Assembly (NCBI GenBank): GCA_963752595.1
Contig: CAVVYZ010000015.1
Coordinates: 96,001-160,000 of the forward strand
Reading direction: 5' to 3'
Length of the DNA stretch: 64,000 nucleotides
Source of the DNA: an uncultured delta proteobacterium
GTDB lineage: Bacteria; Desulfobacterota; Desulfomonilia; UBA1062
The translations under genes were made by a program, and so were the position numbers. The notes under the pieces were generated by a model. The model made no database searches. It was given only the letters and a program-made list of their open reading frames with translations, and was not told where the DNA came from. How positions within the stretch are numbered: position 1 is the stretch's first letter; each line of letters starts with the position of its first letter. Below are positions 20,078-30,116 of the stretch, piece after piece.

Positions 20078-20524
20078 ATCGAGCTCCCTTCCTTAGGATG
20101 AATTCGCGCTAAAGAACGGATAGGGGGTGTGCCATTATGACCCCTAATATTGTATATAATGCCTGATGGGGATTCCTCCCGTATTAGGGCAGAAGATCAT
20201 GTGGGTGAGGGGAAAGAAAAGTGTTTAAAGGAGGTCGGTTCCCAACCTCGATCAAGTGCCTCTTTTCTCCTTGCCGACATTCTCATCTGGAATGCGTGCT
20301 GGGAGAAACACAGACACGTCGTCGGCAGACAGCCTATGAATGAGGGATAGCTGCAGGAGAAAAAGGCAAAAAAAAAAGCCAAGAAGCATTTTGCTGCCTG
20401 GCAGTTATGAAGAGAGTTTTTTCTTTGCTGATAACTTTATCGGCGGTCTGGAAAAAAAACATAAGCACATATTTAGTGAAATTTTATATAACTCTACCTG
20501 TTTCAGCGGATCTGCTTTAAGTGT

Positions 20525-22090
20525 CTATATGATCTCAGCCCCCTGGTACAACTCTTCAAGCAGCCCCTCGCGGTCTATCTGAAGCGCCTTTGGCAGGAAG
20601 TCGAGTATGTCTTGAGCGGTTATGCCATCAGGTCCGATTTCTGCAGCAGCAAGATCGCCTGATGCCCCATGTATGAATACACCCTTGCTTACCGCGCTGT
20701 GGATATCGAGCCCGAGCCCGAACATGGCTCCTATGGTTCCTGTGAGTACATCCCCCGACCCGGGGGTGGCCATGCCGGAGTTACCGCTCACGTTTATCAG
20801 GACTCGTTTGTCAGGATATCCGATGAGGGAGTTCGCGCCCTTCAGGACAATGATGGAATTGAGCTCGGAGCTGGTTCTCGTCAGTACGGCAATTCTATCC
20901 TCATCGATCTTTGAAACGGGCATGCCGGTGATCCTGGACATCTCACCCATGTGGGGCGTCAGGATAGTGTGTGCACGGCGTGTTTTTAAAATCTCCGGAT
21001 CACCACTGACGGCGGTAATGCCGTCTGCGTCGATAAGCAGGGGCTTTTCGATCATCTGGGCCAGTTCACGCACAAGCCGGCCGGTTTCATCACTCAATGA
21101 AAGGCCTGGGCCGATGATCACGATATCCATCTTTCCGGCCAGATTGAGCAGAGCGTCCCTGTTCTGGTATGAGATGCTGCCCGAAGAGGTCTGTTTCTGG
21201 GGAATAAAGACGATCTCTCCCCCTTTGCCGGCAACGAACGGCATAATGCATTCCGGGCATGCAAGTCTTGAATACCCGCCTCCTGCCTTGAGAAAGGACA
21301 TGGCGGAGAAGTAGGGTGCGCCATAGTATCCTGATGCGCCTGCAATGAAAAGAGCCTCCCCGAAGGTGCCCTTGTGGCCTGCCGAGTCCCGTGGAGGCAG
21401 CTCGGGCGGAGAGCTGACCTCAACCAGGATATCGTCAGCGTCATAGAGCCGGGGCGGGAAAGATATGCGGCTTACGAAGAGCCTTCCGGAGAGGTCATAC
21501 CCCGGCGTGAGGAGATTACCGAGCTTGGGAAGTCCGAAGCTTACCGTATAATCCGCTGTTACCGCACACCCCATGATGTGCCCGGTATTTCCATTGACGC
21601 CTGATGGGATATCAAGACTTAAGACCGTCTTCGAGCTTTCATTGAGCGCTCCGATCACATCTGCATAGATACCTGTGACTTCCCTGTCGATTCCGGTTCC
21701 GAGCATTGCATCGATAACCGCATCGCAATGCGTGAGATCATATATGACGGTCTGGACCGAATCGAGTCTCTCGACTTCAATGGGAAGACGGGAAAGGATC
21801 TCCAGATTCGTTTTCGCACAACCCGTATACTTTTCAGGATCACCCAGGATGAATACCTTTGCCTTGCCTCTGAAGGATAGGATCTTCCTCGCTACCACGA
21901 ATCCGTCGCCGCCGTTGTTCCCGCTGCCGCAGAAAACGAGGAAGGTCCTGCCTGAAATTCCGATCTCGTTATTCAATACCGCCGTTGCGGCAAGGCCGGC
22001 GTTCTCCATGAGAAGCAGCTCGGTTATCCCGTAGGAATCTCCTGCAGCTCTGTCCATTGCCCTCATCTGAGCGACGCTGCTCACCTTCAT
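20525..22090 (-). CDS. nnr: Bifunctional NAD(P)HX epimerase/dehydratase
   Basis: LMENAG, CGSGNNGGDG, DIPSG, HKGTFG, IGPGL, IDADG, LTPH.GE, LKG, GSGDVLTG. Start at ATG 22090 after GGAGGGA. Confidence 0.95.
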   Translation of the reverse strand: MKVSSVAQMRAMDRAAGDSYGITELLLMENAGLAATAVLNNEIGISGRTFLVFCGSGNNGGDGFVVARKILSFRGKAKVFILGDPEKYTGCAKTNLEILSRLPIEVERLDSVQTVIYDLTHCDAVIDAMLGTGIDREVTGIYADVIGALNESSKTVLSLDIPSGVNGNTGHIMGCAVTADYTVSFGLPKLGNLLTPGYDLSGRLFVSRISFPPRLYDADDILVEVSSPPELPPRDSAGHKGTFGEALFIAGASGYYGAPYFSAMSFLKAGGGYSRLACPECIMPFVAGKGGEIVFIPQKQTSSGSISYQNRDALLNLAGKMDIVIIGPGLSLSDETGRLVRELAQMIEKPLLIDADGITAVSGDPEILKTRRAHTILTPHMGEMSRITGMPVSKIDEDRIAVLTRTSSELNSIIVLKGANSLIGYPDKRVLINVSGNSGMATPGSGDVLTGTIGAMFGLGLDIHSAVSKGVFIHGASGDLAAAEIGPDGITAQDILDFLPKALQIDREGLLEELYQGAEII

Positions 22091-22425
22091 GTACACTTCC
22101 CTCCTCTTGGGCCTGCTTGCAACGCATTCCGGAGGTACGATCCCTTCTGGACATGCGTACCAAAGCACCCACCTGTCTCATCGCACAAATCAAGCTGGAA
22201 CATTAAAGAGTAGGGGGAAGTCATCCTCTGCCTTTCTCCTACCCCGATACTGCTCCTCTGCCGTTCTATTTTAGAGGAGTCCAGCTTCATGGTATGTGGG
22301 AGGGAGGGGCAAAGCCCCGGCCAGGATACGGTATGCATATAAGATGATGTATGAAATAATAAAATATCTAAAGTACGGTGCAACCGCCGACAGGGGATAT
22401 GCCCTTCTCCTTACGCATGAGCGTG

Positions 22426-22614
22426 CTATTTCTTATTCGAGAGACAGTCGTTTTTCCAGAGGCAATTGGCGATTCCGCAATCGGCAATCGCTTTATAACA
22501 AGGGGAATTGCCTTCGGTTACCTGGATGTCACGGATGAGGTCCTGCTTCGTTCTCGAAGAGTTCACAGCAACATTCATTCTCTTGGCAATTTCACGTACT
22601 TCTTGAATTTTCAT
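22426..22614 (-). CDS. Small SAP/Rho-N-like protein with four C-terminal cysteines
   Basis: 62 aa: MKIQEVREIAK...KQDLIRDIQ..EGN.PC..C..CLW..DC; AGGAGGA RBS. Confidence 0.85.
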   Translation of the reverse strand: MKIQEVREIAKRMNVAVNSSRTKQDLIRDIQVTEGNSPCYKAIADCGIANCLWKNDCLSNKK

Positions 22615-22819
22615 TATGGGTCTCCTCCTTTTAAATCTTATGAATTGAGTATGTAAGTTGGAATATACCGTCATGCCAATATTCACTGTAAAGAATGAAA
22701 ATCATACATGAGTCAATAGAATAATGTTTGTTACTTCTTATTCAATGATTGTAAGGGAGCCTGCACTTTCTCATCACGAGAGCAGGGATTAACTCCCTTG
22801 ATACGATATGTGCCTTTGT

Positions 22820-24094
22820 TTATGTAAGAAAGACGGCAAGGATGGATGCGCATATCAGGAAAAGGAATCCCGGCAGGATTATTCTTCTTAACCCGGCGGA
22901 CCCGATGCAGAGGACGAACATGCCCTTTAAGAATGTGTTGGCTATCGTGGCAAAGACGATTGCCCTCGCCGCCGTGGACAGGTTGATCCCATTCTGGCCG
23001 TGGCTGAGTTGCGTAAGGGAGAGAGCTATGGCATCTACATCAGCAAGACCGGAGAGGAAGCTCGTAATGTAGATTCCGCTTTCTCCGAGGTAGGTCTGGG
23101 CAGCCCTGGCAAGGAGAAGGATCAAGGTGAAAATGATCCCGAACGTAATGGCAGGCCAGAGCTCGAATGGGTTCGATATGCGCATCTCTGCTTTCTCATC
23201 ACCTTGGTGGATGATAAAGAGGAAGAGGGCATAGGACAATCCCACTGCAAAGGGAATGAGCAGAGGACGCCAGAGCAGCGCTGCGAGCTCCAGGTTCAAT
23301 GCGACGATAATGCCCATGAGTCTGGCAAACATGATACTCCACGCAATGACTATAGCCAGGGCAAAGGGCCGGGAAAGTGCATCTTCATGCCTGCTCCGCT
23401 GAGAGAGGCCGAGAGTAACTGCAGTACTCGAAGCAATGCCGCCGAGGAAACCTGTGACGCCCATGCCCTTCTGCGTGCCGAGCACCTTGATCAGAATATA
23501 GCCGATGAAGCTGATGCCGGAGATGAACACGACCAGCAGCCAGATGATGAAAGGATTGAATACGTCGAAAGGCGGCGGACCCAGGTGCTTGTTGGGTAGT
23601 ATGGGCAGGATGATCGCCGTGATGACGGCGAATTTGAGAATTGCATAGAGATCTTCCCGGGTGAGATGCCGCACAAACCGGTGCGTCTCGGGTTTGATCG
23701 AGAGCATTACCGTGGTGGCAACACCAAGGGCAATGCCGATAGTGATCTTTCCCCAGAAGATGAGTGCCCCGCTGAGCACGGTGATCAATGCCGAGACCGG
23801 TGTGGTAAGGCCGCTCTGGCCCTTCCAGGCGCCGATAAAATACGTCACGGTGAAGAAGCCGCCGACTACGACGATCACGGAAACGAACGGCAGGGGCGAC
23901 TGGATAAGGTCCGAGGAAAGTGCGCTGGCACAGCCGATAAGCCCCATGAGCGCGAATGTCCGTATGCCCGGGTGTTCGGTTTCGGGATCATTAAAGGAAT
24001 ATTCACGCTGTATGCCCACGAGGATGCCGACGAGGAGCGCAATCCCGAACCTGAAGAAGAGCGAAGTCTCATCCAGTAACCATGCATTCTGCAT
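22820..24094 (-). CDS. MgtC/SapB-family membrane protein with DUF4010
   Basis: GILVGIQRE, GIRTF, GLTT, GGIASSTAVT, GLADVDA. Confidence 0.9.
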   Translation of the reverse strand: MQNAWLLDETSLFFRFGIALLVGILVGIQREYSFNDPETEHPGIRTFALMGLIGCASALSSDLIQSPLPFVSVIVVVGGFFTVTYFIGAWKGQSGLTTPVSALITVLSGALIFWGKITIGIALGVATTVMLSIKPETHRFVRHLTREDLYAILKFAVITAIILPILPNKHLGPPPFDVFNPFIIWLLVVFISGISFIGYILIKVLGTQKGMGVTGFLGGIASSTAVTLGLSQRSRHEDALSRPFALAIVIAWSIMFARLMGIIVALNLELAALLWRPLLIPFAVGLSYALFLFIIHQGDEKAEMRISNPFELWPAITFGIIFTLILLLARAAQTYLGESGIYITSFLSGLADVDAIALSLTQLSHGQNGINLSTAARAIVFATIANTFLKGMFVLCIGSAGLRRIILPGFLFLICASILAVFLT

Positions 24095-24321
24095 TCTCTA
24101 CACCCCGATCACAAAAAACCGCTCTGTGCATTGCCGTTCAATATCGATGTGTGCATGTCACATGCAACATCCCGCAGCATCGTGAATGACCCGCAATACT
24201 ATCTGCTCTATCGGAAAGTGCTATTCCCATCTGAAACTTTAAAAAACGGGAAGGCCCGTCTTGAGGAATCAGTTTTTTGCACAGGCAGTCAGGCATCCGG
24301 GCACTGCAAGCTTTCTTTGCA

Positions 24322-25068
24322 TTATTCTTCCGTGAGCCCGTTGATCAGGGCAAGGACATTATGCCCCAGAACATGGTGATTGTACCCGCCTTCGAGTACC
24401 GCGAAACACCCGCCCTTATTTCTTATGGACGCCTGCCTAACGGCCCTTCCCATCTCGCGGTAATCTTCGGTTGCCAGCAGACCGCCCCAGTCCTGCTGAT
24501 GGTTGTCGAACCCTGCCGAGATTCCGATTATATCCGCGGTGCACTGTTCCAGCGCGTTCAGGACTTCCTTGAGATAGGCATTGCGGTCGCTTCTATCCGG
24601 GTTGAGGATGGTTACGTAGCCTTTTCTCCCCAGGATATTGACTGTCCCATCTCCGTAGTGGAGATCGAAATCCAGGATAAAAGCGGTGTTTATCTTGCCC
24701 AGTTTTTTCAGGTGCAGAATGGCGATGGCCATATTGTTGTAGTAGCAGAAGCCCCACGATGAGTCGGACGAGGCATGATGGCCGGGAGGCCGGATAAGGC
24801 CGAAGCACGGCTCGGTCATGCCTATGGCGGCGGCCTGAATCGCTCCTCCTGCAGCGAGGGAGGCGATTCCGTGGAGGCCGATATCCTGTACGTGCCGGAT
24901 GTGCCTTTCGGTATGGGCCGCTCCGATGTGGTCTTCCGGAGCGTGCTCTGCATCGATGAACTGTACATGGGGACCGATCACTTCGACGACTGCTTCCATT
25001 CTCCCATTCTCGGCTGCAGGGTCGGAGGTATATACCTGGTAGAAATCCTTGTGGAATATGACCTTCAT
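24322..25068 (-). CDS. Histone deacetylase-family (Zn-dependent) deacetylase
   Basis: RPPGHHA, GFC, DFDLHYGDGT, SAGFD and LEGGY all intact; AGGAGG RBS before ATG 25068. Confidence 0.93.
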   Translation of the reverse strand: MKVIFHKDFYQVYTSDPAAENGRMEAVVEVIGPHVQFIDAEHAPEDHIGAAHTERHIRHVQDIGLHGIASLAAGGAIQAAAIGMTEPCFGLIRPPGHHASSDSSWGFCYYNNMAIAILHLKKLGKINTAFILDFDLHYGDGTVNILGRKGYVTILNPDRSDRNAYLKEVLNALEQCTADIIGISAGFDNHQQDWGGLLATEDYREMGRAVRQASIRNKGGCFAVLEGGYNHHVLGHNVLALINGLTEE

Positions 25069-25192
25069 TGGATTCCTCCTTACACGGTGATTAAACATTT
25101 ATCATCGACTTACCGACGTGATCAAATATAATTATTTATTATGGAAAAACATCTTGATGAGACACGCTTCGATAAGCAAAAAGGGGGAGTAC

Positions 25193-26296
25193 ATGACGAC
25201 GAAGATTGGGATACTTACAGGCGGAGGTGATTGTCCGGGGCTGAACGGGGCTATCAAGTGGGTCGTCAAAACCGCATTGGACCCGCTTCTCGCTGGGAAG
25301 CGGTCGATGAAGTTCGAGGTAGTGGGGATTCGCGAAGGCTGGAAAGGTATTGCGGAAGTCGATCCGGATGATGAAAAGAGCAGGGCGCTTTACCTCGAGC
25401 CACTGGACGAAGAAAAAGTCAGGGCATGGGACCGTTACGGCGGAACGAATCTGGGAACATCCCGCACCAATCCTTTTAATCCGAAGAATGACCGTTCGGA
25501 CAAGGTTGTCGAGAACATCAGGAAGCTCGGAATCGATGTCATCATAGCTGTCGGCGGCGAAGATACCCTTGGCGTAGCTTATAAGCTTTATAAACGGGGC
25601 ATCAAGACTATAGGTATCCCGAAGACCATTGACGGCGACCTCATGGCGACAGAGTATTCCCTGGGATTTGATTCGGCGCTCAACGTCATCATGGAAGAGA
25701 TCGACCGGCTTCGTACCACGGCAGGATCGCACAACCGCATCTTTGTCGTGGAGACCATGGGAAGGCATGCCGGATGGCTCGCTCTGCAGGGCGGAGAGTG
25801 CAGCGGTGCGTACATCATTCTCATCCCCGAGCATCCTTTTGACATGAAAAAGGTGTGCGATCTGCTTCTTGAACGCAAGGGCCGCGAGATCCAGTACAGC
25901 ATCGTGGTCGTTTCCGAGGGCGCCCAGCCCACGGAAGGAGGCGAGTTTTTCAAGGACCAGAAGATCGATGATTTCGGACACAAGTCTCTTGGGGGGATCG
26001 CAGGCTACATCTCCGATCAGATCCAGAAGGGTACCGGGTTCGAATCGAGATACGTGGTCTTGAGCCACCTCCAGCGCGGCGGGGTCCCGTCGGCGCGGGA
26101 CAGGCTCATGGCCCGGTGGTTCGGCATAGCAGCCGTGGATATGATCCTGTGCGAGGACTTCGGCAGGATGGTCAGCTACATCCACGGCGAAATCGCATCG
26201 GTGCCCATGAAAGATATTATCAACAAGATAAGGACGGTTGATGTAGACAAGTATTACGACATTGACCGGTATAACGGAAAGCGCACCATTCTCTGA
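25193..26296 (+). CDS. pfkA: Group III 6-phosphofructokinase, probably pyrophosphate-dependent
   Basis: TGGGDCPGLN, GGTNLGTSR, GGEDT, PKTIDGD, ETMGRHAG, SHLQRGG; GGGGAG RBS. Confidence 0.92.
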   Translation: MTTKIGILTGGGDCPGLNGAIKWVVKTALDPLLAGKRSMKFEVVGIREGWKGIAEVDPDDEKSRALYLEPLDEEKVRAWDRYGGTNLGTSRTNPFNPKNDRSDKVVENIRKLGIDVIIAVGGEDTLGVAYKLYKRGIKTIGIPKTIDGDLMATEYSLGFDSALNVIMEEIDRLRTTAGSHNRIFVVETMGRHAGWLALQGGECSGAYIILIPEHPFDMKKVCDLLLERKGREIQYSIVVVSEGAQPTEGGEFFKDQKIDDFGHKSLGGIAGYISDQIQKGTGFESRYVVLSHLQRGGVPSARDRLMARWFGIAAVDMILCEDFGRMVSYIHGEIASVPMKDIINKIRTVDVDKYYDIDRYNGKRTIL

Positions 26297-26302
26297 TACA
26301 TA

Positions 26303-26350
26303 AGCCCTCCTCCTTCACCGTAAAAAAAAGGCACAGGAAGGGGGAGGGCT
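26303..26350. terminator. Hairpin between convergent pfkA and xni
   Basis: AGCCCTCCTCCTTC ... GAAGGGGGAGGGCT inverted repeat. Confidence 0.55.
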
Positions 26351-26364
26351 GCACCTTGGTTCCC

Positions 26365-27141
26365 TTAACCTGGACGACACCTGAACGATTGCAGATTGAC
26401 GCCCAGTTCGATATCTTTTTTCAGGCGAAGCAGCCCCTGAAACATGAGGGCTTCCTGTTCATGCTTGCCGATGGCCTGCCCCAGCTTCGTGCCCATGGCA
26501 GGAGCCTGGGAAAGGACATTTTCCAGGGACTGACACTCGGCAATGAGACGCGCAGCTGTTTTCATGCCGATCCCCGGGATGCCGGGGATATTGTTGGTCG
26601 GGTCTCCTGCGAGCGCCAGGAGGTCTGCGAGCTGGTAAGGATGGATGTGGAACTTTTCCAGGACATAGGATTCATCCAGGTATCTCTTGTTGAAGTGATC
26701 CCTCACGCGGATGTACCCCGAGAGGAGTTGCAGGAAGATCTTGTCGGTCGAGAGGATGATCACGCGGCCCTTCCTCGATTCCACCTTGCATGCTAATGTT
26801 GCGATGAGATCGTCGGCCTCCATGGAATCCATCTCTACGGATTTAACCCCGACCTCGAGGAAAGCATCCTTGATGCGGGGAAGGCTCAGCTCCAGGTCAT
26901 GGGGCATGGGTGGCCTTCCCGCCTTATACTCTTTGTACACCTTTGACCGGAAACACGCGCCATGTCCCTCGAAAACGCTGATCGCATGGGTCGGATCGCA
27001 TTCCTTGAGGGCGCGTTTCAGTGACTGGACATGGGGCTCGATCGGATATCCACCCGCCGTCCGGTCGAGGATATCCCGATGGGCTGCATCAACCCTGCGG
27101 ATAAGATTCAGTGCGTCCACAAGCAGAACCGTGAGTCCCAT
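26365..27141 (-). CDS. xni: Flap endonuclease Xni (ExoIX)
   Basis: LVDALNLIRR, YKAGR, EADDLIATLA, STDK, LAGD..NNIPGIPGIG.KTA; stand-alone 5'-3' nuclease domain. Confidence 0.85.
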   Translation of the reverse strand: MGLTVLLVDALNLIRRVDAAHRDILDRTAGGYPIEPHVQSLKRALKECDPTHAISVFEGHGACFRSKVYKEYKAGRPPMPHDLELSLPRIKDAFLEVGVKSVEMDSMEADDLIATLACKVESRKGRVIILSTDKIFLQLLSGYIRVRDHFNKRYLDESYVLEKFHIHPYQLADLLALAGDPTNNIPGIPGIGMKTAARLIAECQSLENVLSQAPAMGTKLGQAIGKHEQEALMFQGLLRLKKDIELGVNLQSFRCRPG

Positions 27142-27267
27142 GACGGTGAGGCCTCCTTGAAAGATCCGATGGCATCCGGGAACACGGATGAGTATAGCAG
27201 ATACCGGATGCATTCCCCAGCCTTTTCCCCACAGGCGTTCCCGAAGGCGCGGAATAACCGCATTCCT

Positions 27268-28599
27268 TTATAGTGGAGAGGCATCTGTTTTCAGAGGAGC
27301 ATCCCGGAGGCATGCAGCCTCCTGAATGCCCGTATCCTCGTCAACAAAAGAGAGCAGGATTCCTCCTGCCAGGAACAGCAGGGCTATGGAGGTGATGCCG
27401 AGCCTCGAAGCCATAGTGCCTCCAACGCCGAACGACCTCATGAGCAGACCCACGGACCCGATGAGTACTGGGCCTATGATAACGGCGAACTTGCCGAGCA
27501 TGTTATAGAATCCGAAGTACTCGGCCGATTTGCCCTCAGGAATGATGCGGGCGTAGAAAGACCGGGAAAGGGCCTGGATGCCACCCTGGACAAAACCTAT
27601 GATGACGGCCATGAGATAGAATTCCTGTTTGCTCGTGATGAAAGCTCCCCAGATGGATATGAAGAGGTATACGCCTATGGCAATGAATATAGCCCGTTTC
27701 GCCCCGATTTTCTCACCGAGATAACCGAAGCCGATGGCGCAGGGAAACCCGACGAACTGGGTGATGAGAAGCGCACCTATAAGGTCGCTCGCCTGGAAAC
27801 CGAGAGAAAGCCCGTAGTCCACGGCCATCCGGACAATCGTATCCACCCCGTCGATGTAGAGCCAGTATGCCGCAAGAAAGAGGAAGATCATCTTCAGGTG
27901 CCTGATCTCCCGGAATGTGCCCCGGAGCTGAAGGAATCCGGCTTTTACCATGTTCATGCCCACTGCAGCCCCTGCTGGGGGGCGTTCCCTCACAAAGAAT
28001 ATAAGCGGAAGGGTGAAGACGATCCACCAGATGCCCACACTCAGGAATGAAATTCTCACTGCCTCGGAAGCTTGTGTCATGCCGAATGTTGCAGGGCGCA
28101 GTGTCATCCAGACATTCACGGCAAAGAGCAGCCCGCCGCCCAGGTATCCGAGGGCAAATCCGAGAGCGGAGACGAAATCCAACCTGTCCGGAGGGGCTAC
28201 GCCGGGGAGCAGGGAATCATAGAAGGTGTTGCCGGCCGAGAAACCGATAACGGCGAGGATGTAGACACCGCTAGCAAGCATCCAGGAACCTTTTGGGATC
28301 AGGAACAGAGATGAAGTCACTACGGCTCCCAGGAAGGCAAAAAATACCAGGAACCGTTTTTTCGCCGTGCCGCGATCGGCAATCGCGCCGAGCACCGGCG
28401 CGCTCAGGGCGATGATGATACCTGCCAGCGAGTTGCCGAAGGCAAGCCGTGCCGTGCTTGTGGTGGCATCCACGCCCGCGCTCCAGTACTGCTTGAAGAA
28501 TATGGGGAAGAACCCGGCCATGATCGTGGTGGCAAAGGCGGAGTTTGCCCAGTCATAGAAGGCCCAGGATACAACGGCTTTTTTCCCTGTAAGCTCCAT
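27268..28599 (-). CDS. MFS transporter (UMF1/Atg22-like)
   Basis: SWAFYDWANSAF, LGAIAD, GYLGG, QALSRS, FGFY; about 12 TM helices. Confidence 0.92.
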   Translation of the reverse strand: MELTGKKAVVSWAFYDWANSAFATTIMAGFFPIFFKQYWSAGVDATTSTARLAFGNSLAGIIIALSAPVLGAIADRGTAKKRFLVFFAFLGAVVTSSLFLIPKGSWMLASGVYILAVIGFSAGNTFYDSLLPGVAPPDRLDFVSALGFALGYLGGGLLFAVNVWMTLRPATFGMTQASEAVRISFLSVGIWWIVFTLPLIFFVRERPPAGAAVGMNMVKAGFLQLRGTFREIRHLKMIFLFLAAYWLYIDGVDTIVRMAVDYGLSLGFQASDLIGALLITQFVGFPCAIGFGYLGEKIGAKRAIFIAIGVYLFISIWGAFITSKQEFYLMAVIIGFVQGGIQALSRSFYARIIPEGKSAEYFGFYNMLGKFAVIIGPVLIGSVGLLMRSFGVGGTMASRLGITSIALLFLAGGILLSFVDEDTGIQEAACLRDAPLKTDASPL

Positions 28600-28679
28600 A
28601 GACCTATCCTTTAAGGGTTTCTCCGGCTGGTCTCTTCACGGCATCGGCACGTTCGCATCAGATGCACGATGGGTGAAAA

Positions 28680-29276
28680 CTATTTTTTGTCCTTTTCTTT
28701 CTCTTCTCCCACGAGGAAGGCCCGTTTAATCGTAATCGGTGCTGCAGGGACATCCCGGTACATTCCTTTAAACGTCGTGGGCTGGTTCTCGATGGTATCC
28801 ACCACGTCCATCCCTTCCACCACCCGGCCGAATACGCAATATCCCCATCCATTAAGTGTCTTTGCCGTAAAATCGAGAAACTGGTTATCAACCGTATTGA
28901 TGAAGAACTGGGACGTTGCAGAGTTGGGGTCCTGCGTGCGGGCCATGGCAATCGTACCGCGGAGATTTTTCAAGGCGTTGTCGGCTTCGTTGGTTACCGG
29001 GGCGTTGGCTTTTTTCTGCTGCATGTCTTCCGTGAGCCCGCCTCCCTGGACCATGAACCCCTTGATTACCCGGTGGAAGATGGTGCCTTCATAAAAACCG
29101 GTTTTGACATAGGACAGGAAATTATCCACGGTCTTGGGAGCCTTGGATTTATCGAGCTCGATGACGATATTCCCCTTGGTGGTCTCCAAGCACACCCGAG
29201 GATTGTCATTGCCTGCCACAGCAGGTGGTACAAGGCCGAAAAGGAGAAGAGAAGTTATTGCGGTAATTTTCTTCAA
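28680..29276 (-). CDS. ppiA: Periplasmic cyclophilin-type peptidyl-prolyl isomerase
   Basis: Signal peptide; FHRVIKGFMVQGGG, TIAMART..PNSATSQFFIN, GYCVFGRV. Confidence 0.93.
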   Translation of the reverse strand: MKKITAITSLLLFGLVPPAVAGNDNPRVCLETTKGNIVIELDKSKAPKTVDNFLSYVKTGFYEGTIFHRVIKGFMVQGGGLTEDMQQKKANAPVTNEADNALKNLRGTIAMARTQDPNSATSQFFINTVDNQFLDFTAKTLNGWGYCVFGRVVEGMDVVDTIENQPTTFKGMYRDVPAAPITIKRAFLVGEEKEKDKK

Positions 29277-29442
29277 AACAAACCCCCTTATGATGGATTG
29301 AATGTATGATCAATCTCTCATATTTCAAATAAGATCTACAAGGGCAAATACACGCCAATGCCGTGTTGATTTCGAGGCCTAGGAAGGGAGGAAAGGTGCA
29401 AACTCGGTCTTTCCCATGGAGAGATCTACATAAGGAACAGAC

Positions 29443-29931
29443 TCACAAAGGAGAGATTCCCTTCTTCACCAGCCAGTCTCTGACTGCAGGACCCGTCCCG
29501 AAAGGCCATGGGCGCAATTTCGCCGGGGCGACACGCCTGAATTCCTGGAGTTCTTCTCCAAGAATGACAGTGCCGTGGGCAATGATGTGGAAAGCGAGAA
29601 TGAGCTGGTTTCTCTCAAGGAACGAGTAGTATCCGATGAAGCTCTCGATCCGGGCATCGATGCCGAGCTCTTCTTTCACCTCGCGTGCAATCGCCTCATC
29701 AGGCGTTTCCCCCTTTTCCAGGAATCCGCTCACCAATCCGAACATCTTTTCCGGCCAGCCCACATTGCGAACCAGGATGACATCCCCTTCATGCTCCACG
29801 ATGCCGGCAACAACGGGCGTGGGATTATCCCAGAGCACAAACGGGCATGATTCTGCCTGGCACGCCTCCCTCAGCCGGCCGTCGATTTCTTTTGTGATAA
29901 GCATATGACCGCATCTCGGACAAAAACCCAT
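29443..29931 (-). CDS. NUDIX hydrolase with N-terminal zinc ribbon
   Basis: FCPRCG...C...C; Nudix box GFLEKGETPDEAIAREVKEELG. Confidence 0.9.
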   Translation of the reverse strand: MGFCPRCGHMLITKEIDGRLREACQAESCPFVLWDNPTPVVAGIVEHEGDVILVRNVGWPEKMFGLVSGFLEKGETPDEAIAREVKEELGIDARIESFIGYYSFLERNQLILAFHIIAHGTVILGEELQEFRRVAPAKLRPWPFGTGPAVRDWLVKKGISPL

Positions 29932-30116
29932 GCCTTGCCGTCCTTTCCGAACCCGGACATTAACCGGAACGTTTCCGGGATTCCGTGAAAATACTTTAAT
30001 TCGTAATACTATCACAGATTTTCCAAAAAGGGATTTGGTGTTTTCACCCATGTCCGTAAGTGGTATGTGATCAACGTGGTTTTTACACAGATCTTTTCCG
30101 AAAGGTAGTCACAGGG

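Noticed and set aside
20272-20328. Hammerhead-like three-way junction (CAGATGAG on the minus strand)
   Set aside because: The CUGANGA core is imperfect and no GAAA is correctly placed; kept only as a generic structured-RNA candidate.
22300-22330. GCAAAGCCCCGGCC resembling the P2 start of a c-di-GMP-I riboswitch
   Set aside because: The upstream GGCAAAC...GAAA...GG hairpin is absent and it faces away from the nearest gene.
25139-26185. Long antisense ORFs (e.g. 348 aa opposite pfkA; also 55089..56063, 10255..11139, 2347..3258)
   Set aside because: Shadow frames of well-supported genes, expected from codon bias; no motifs.
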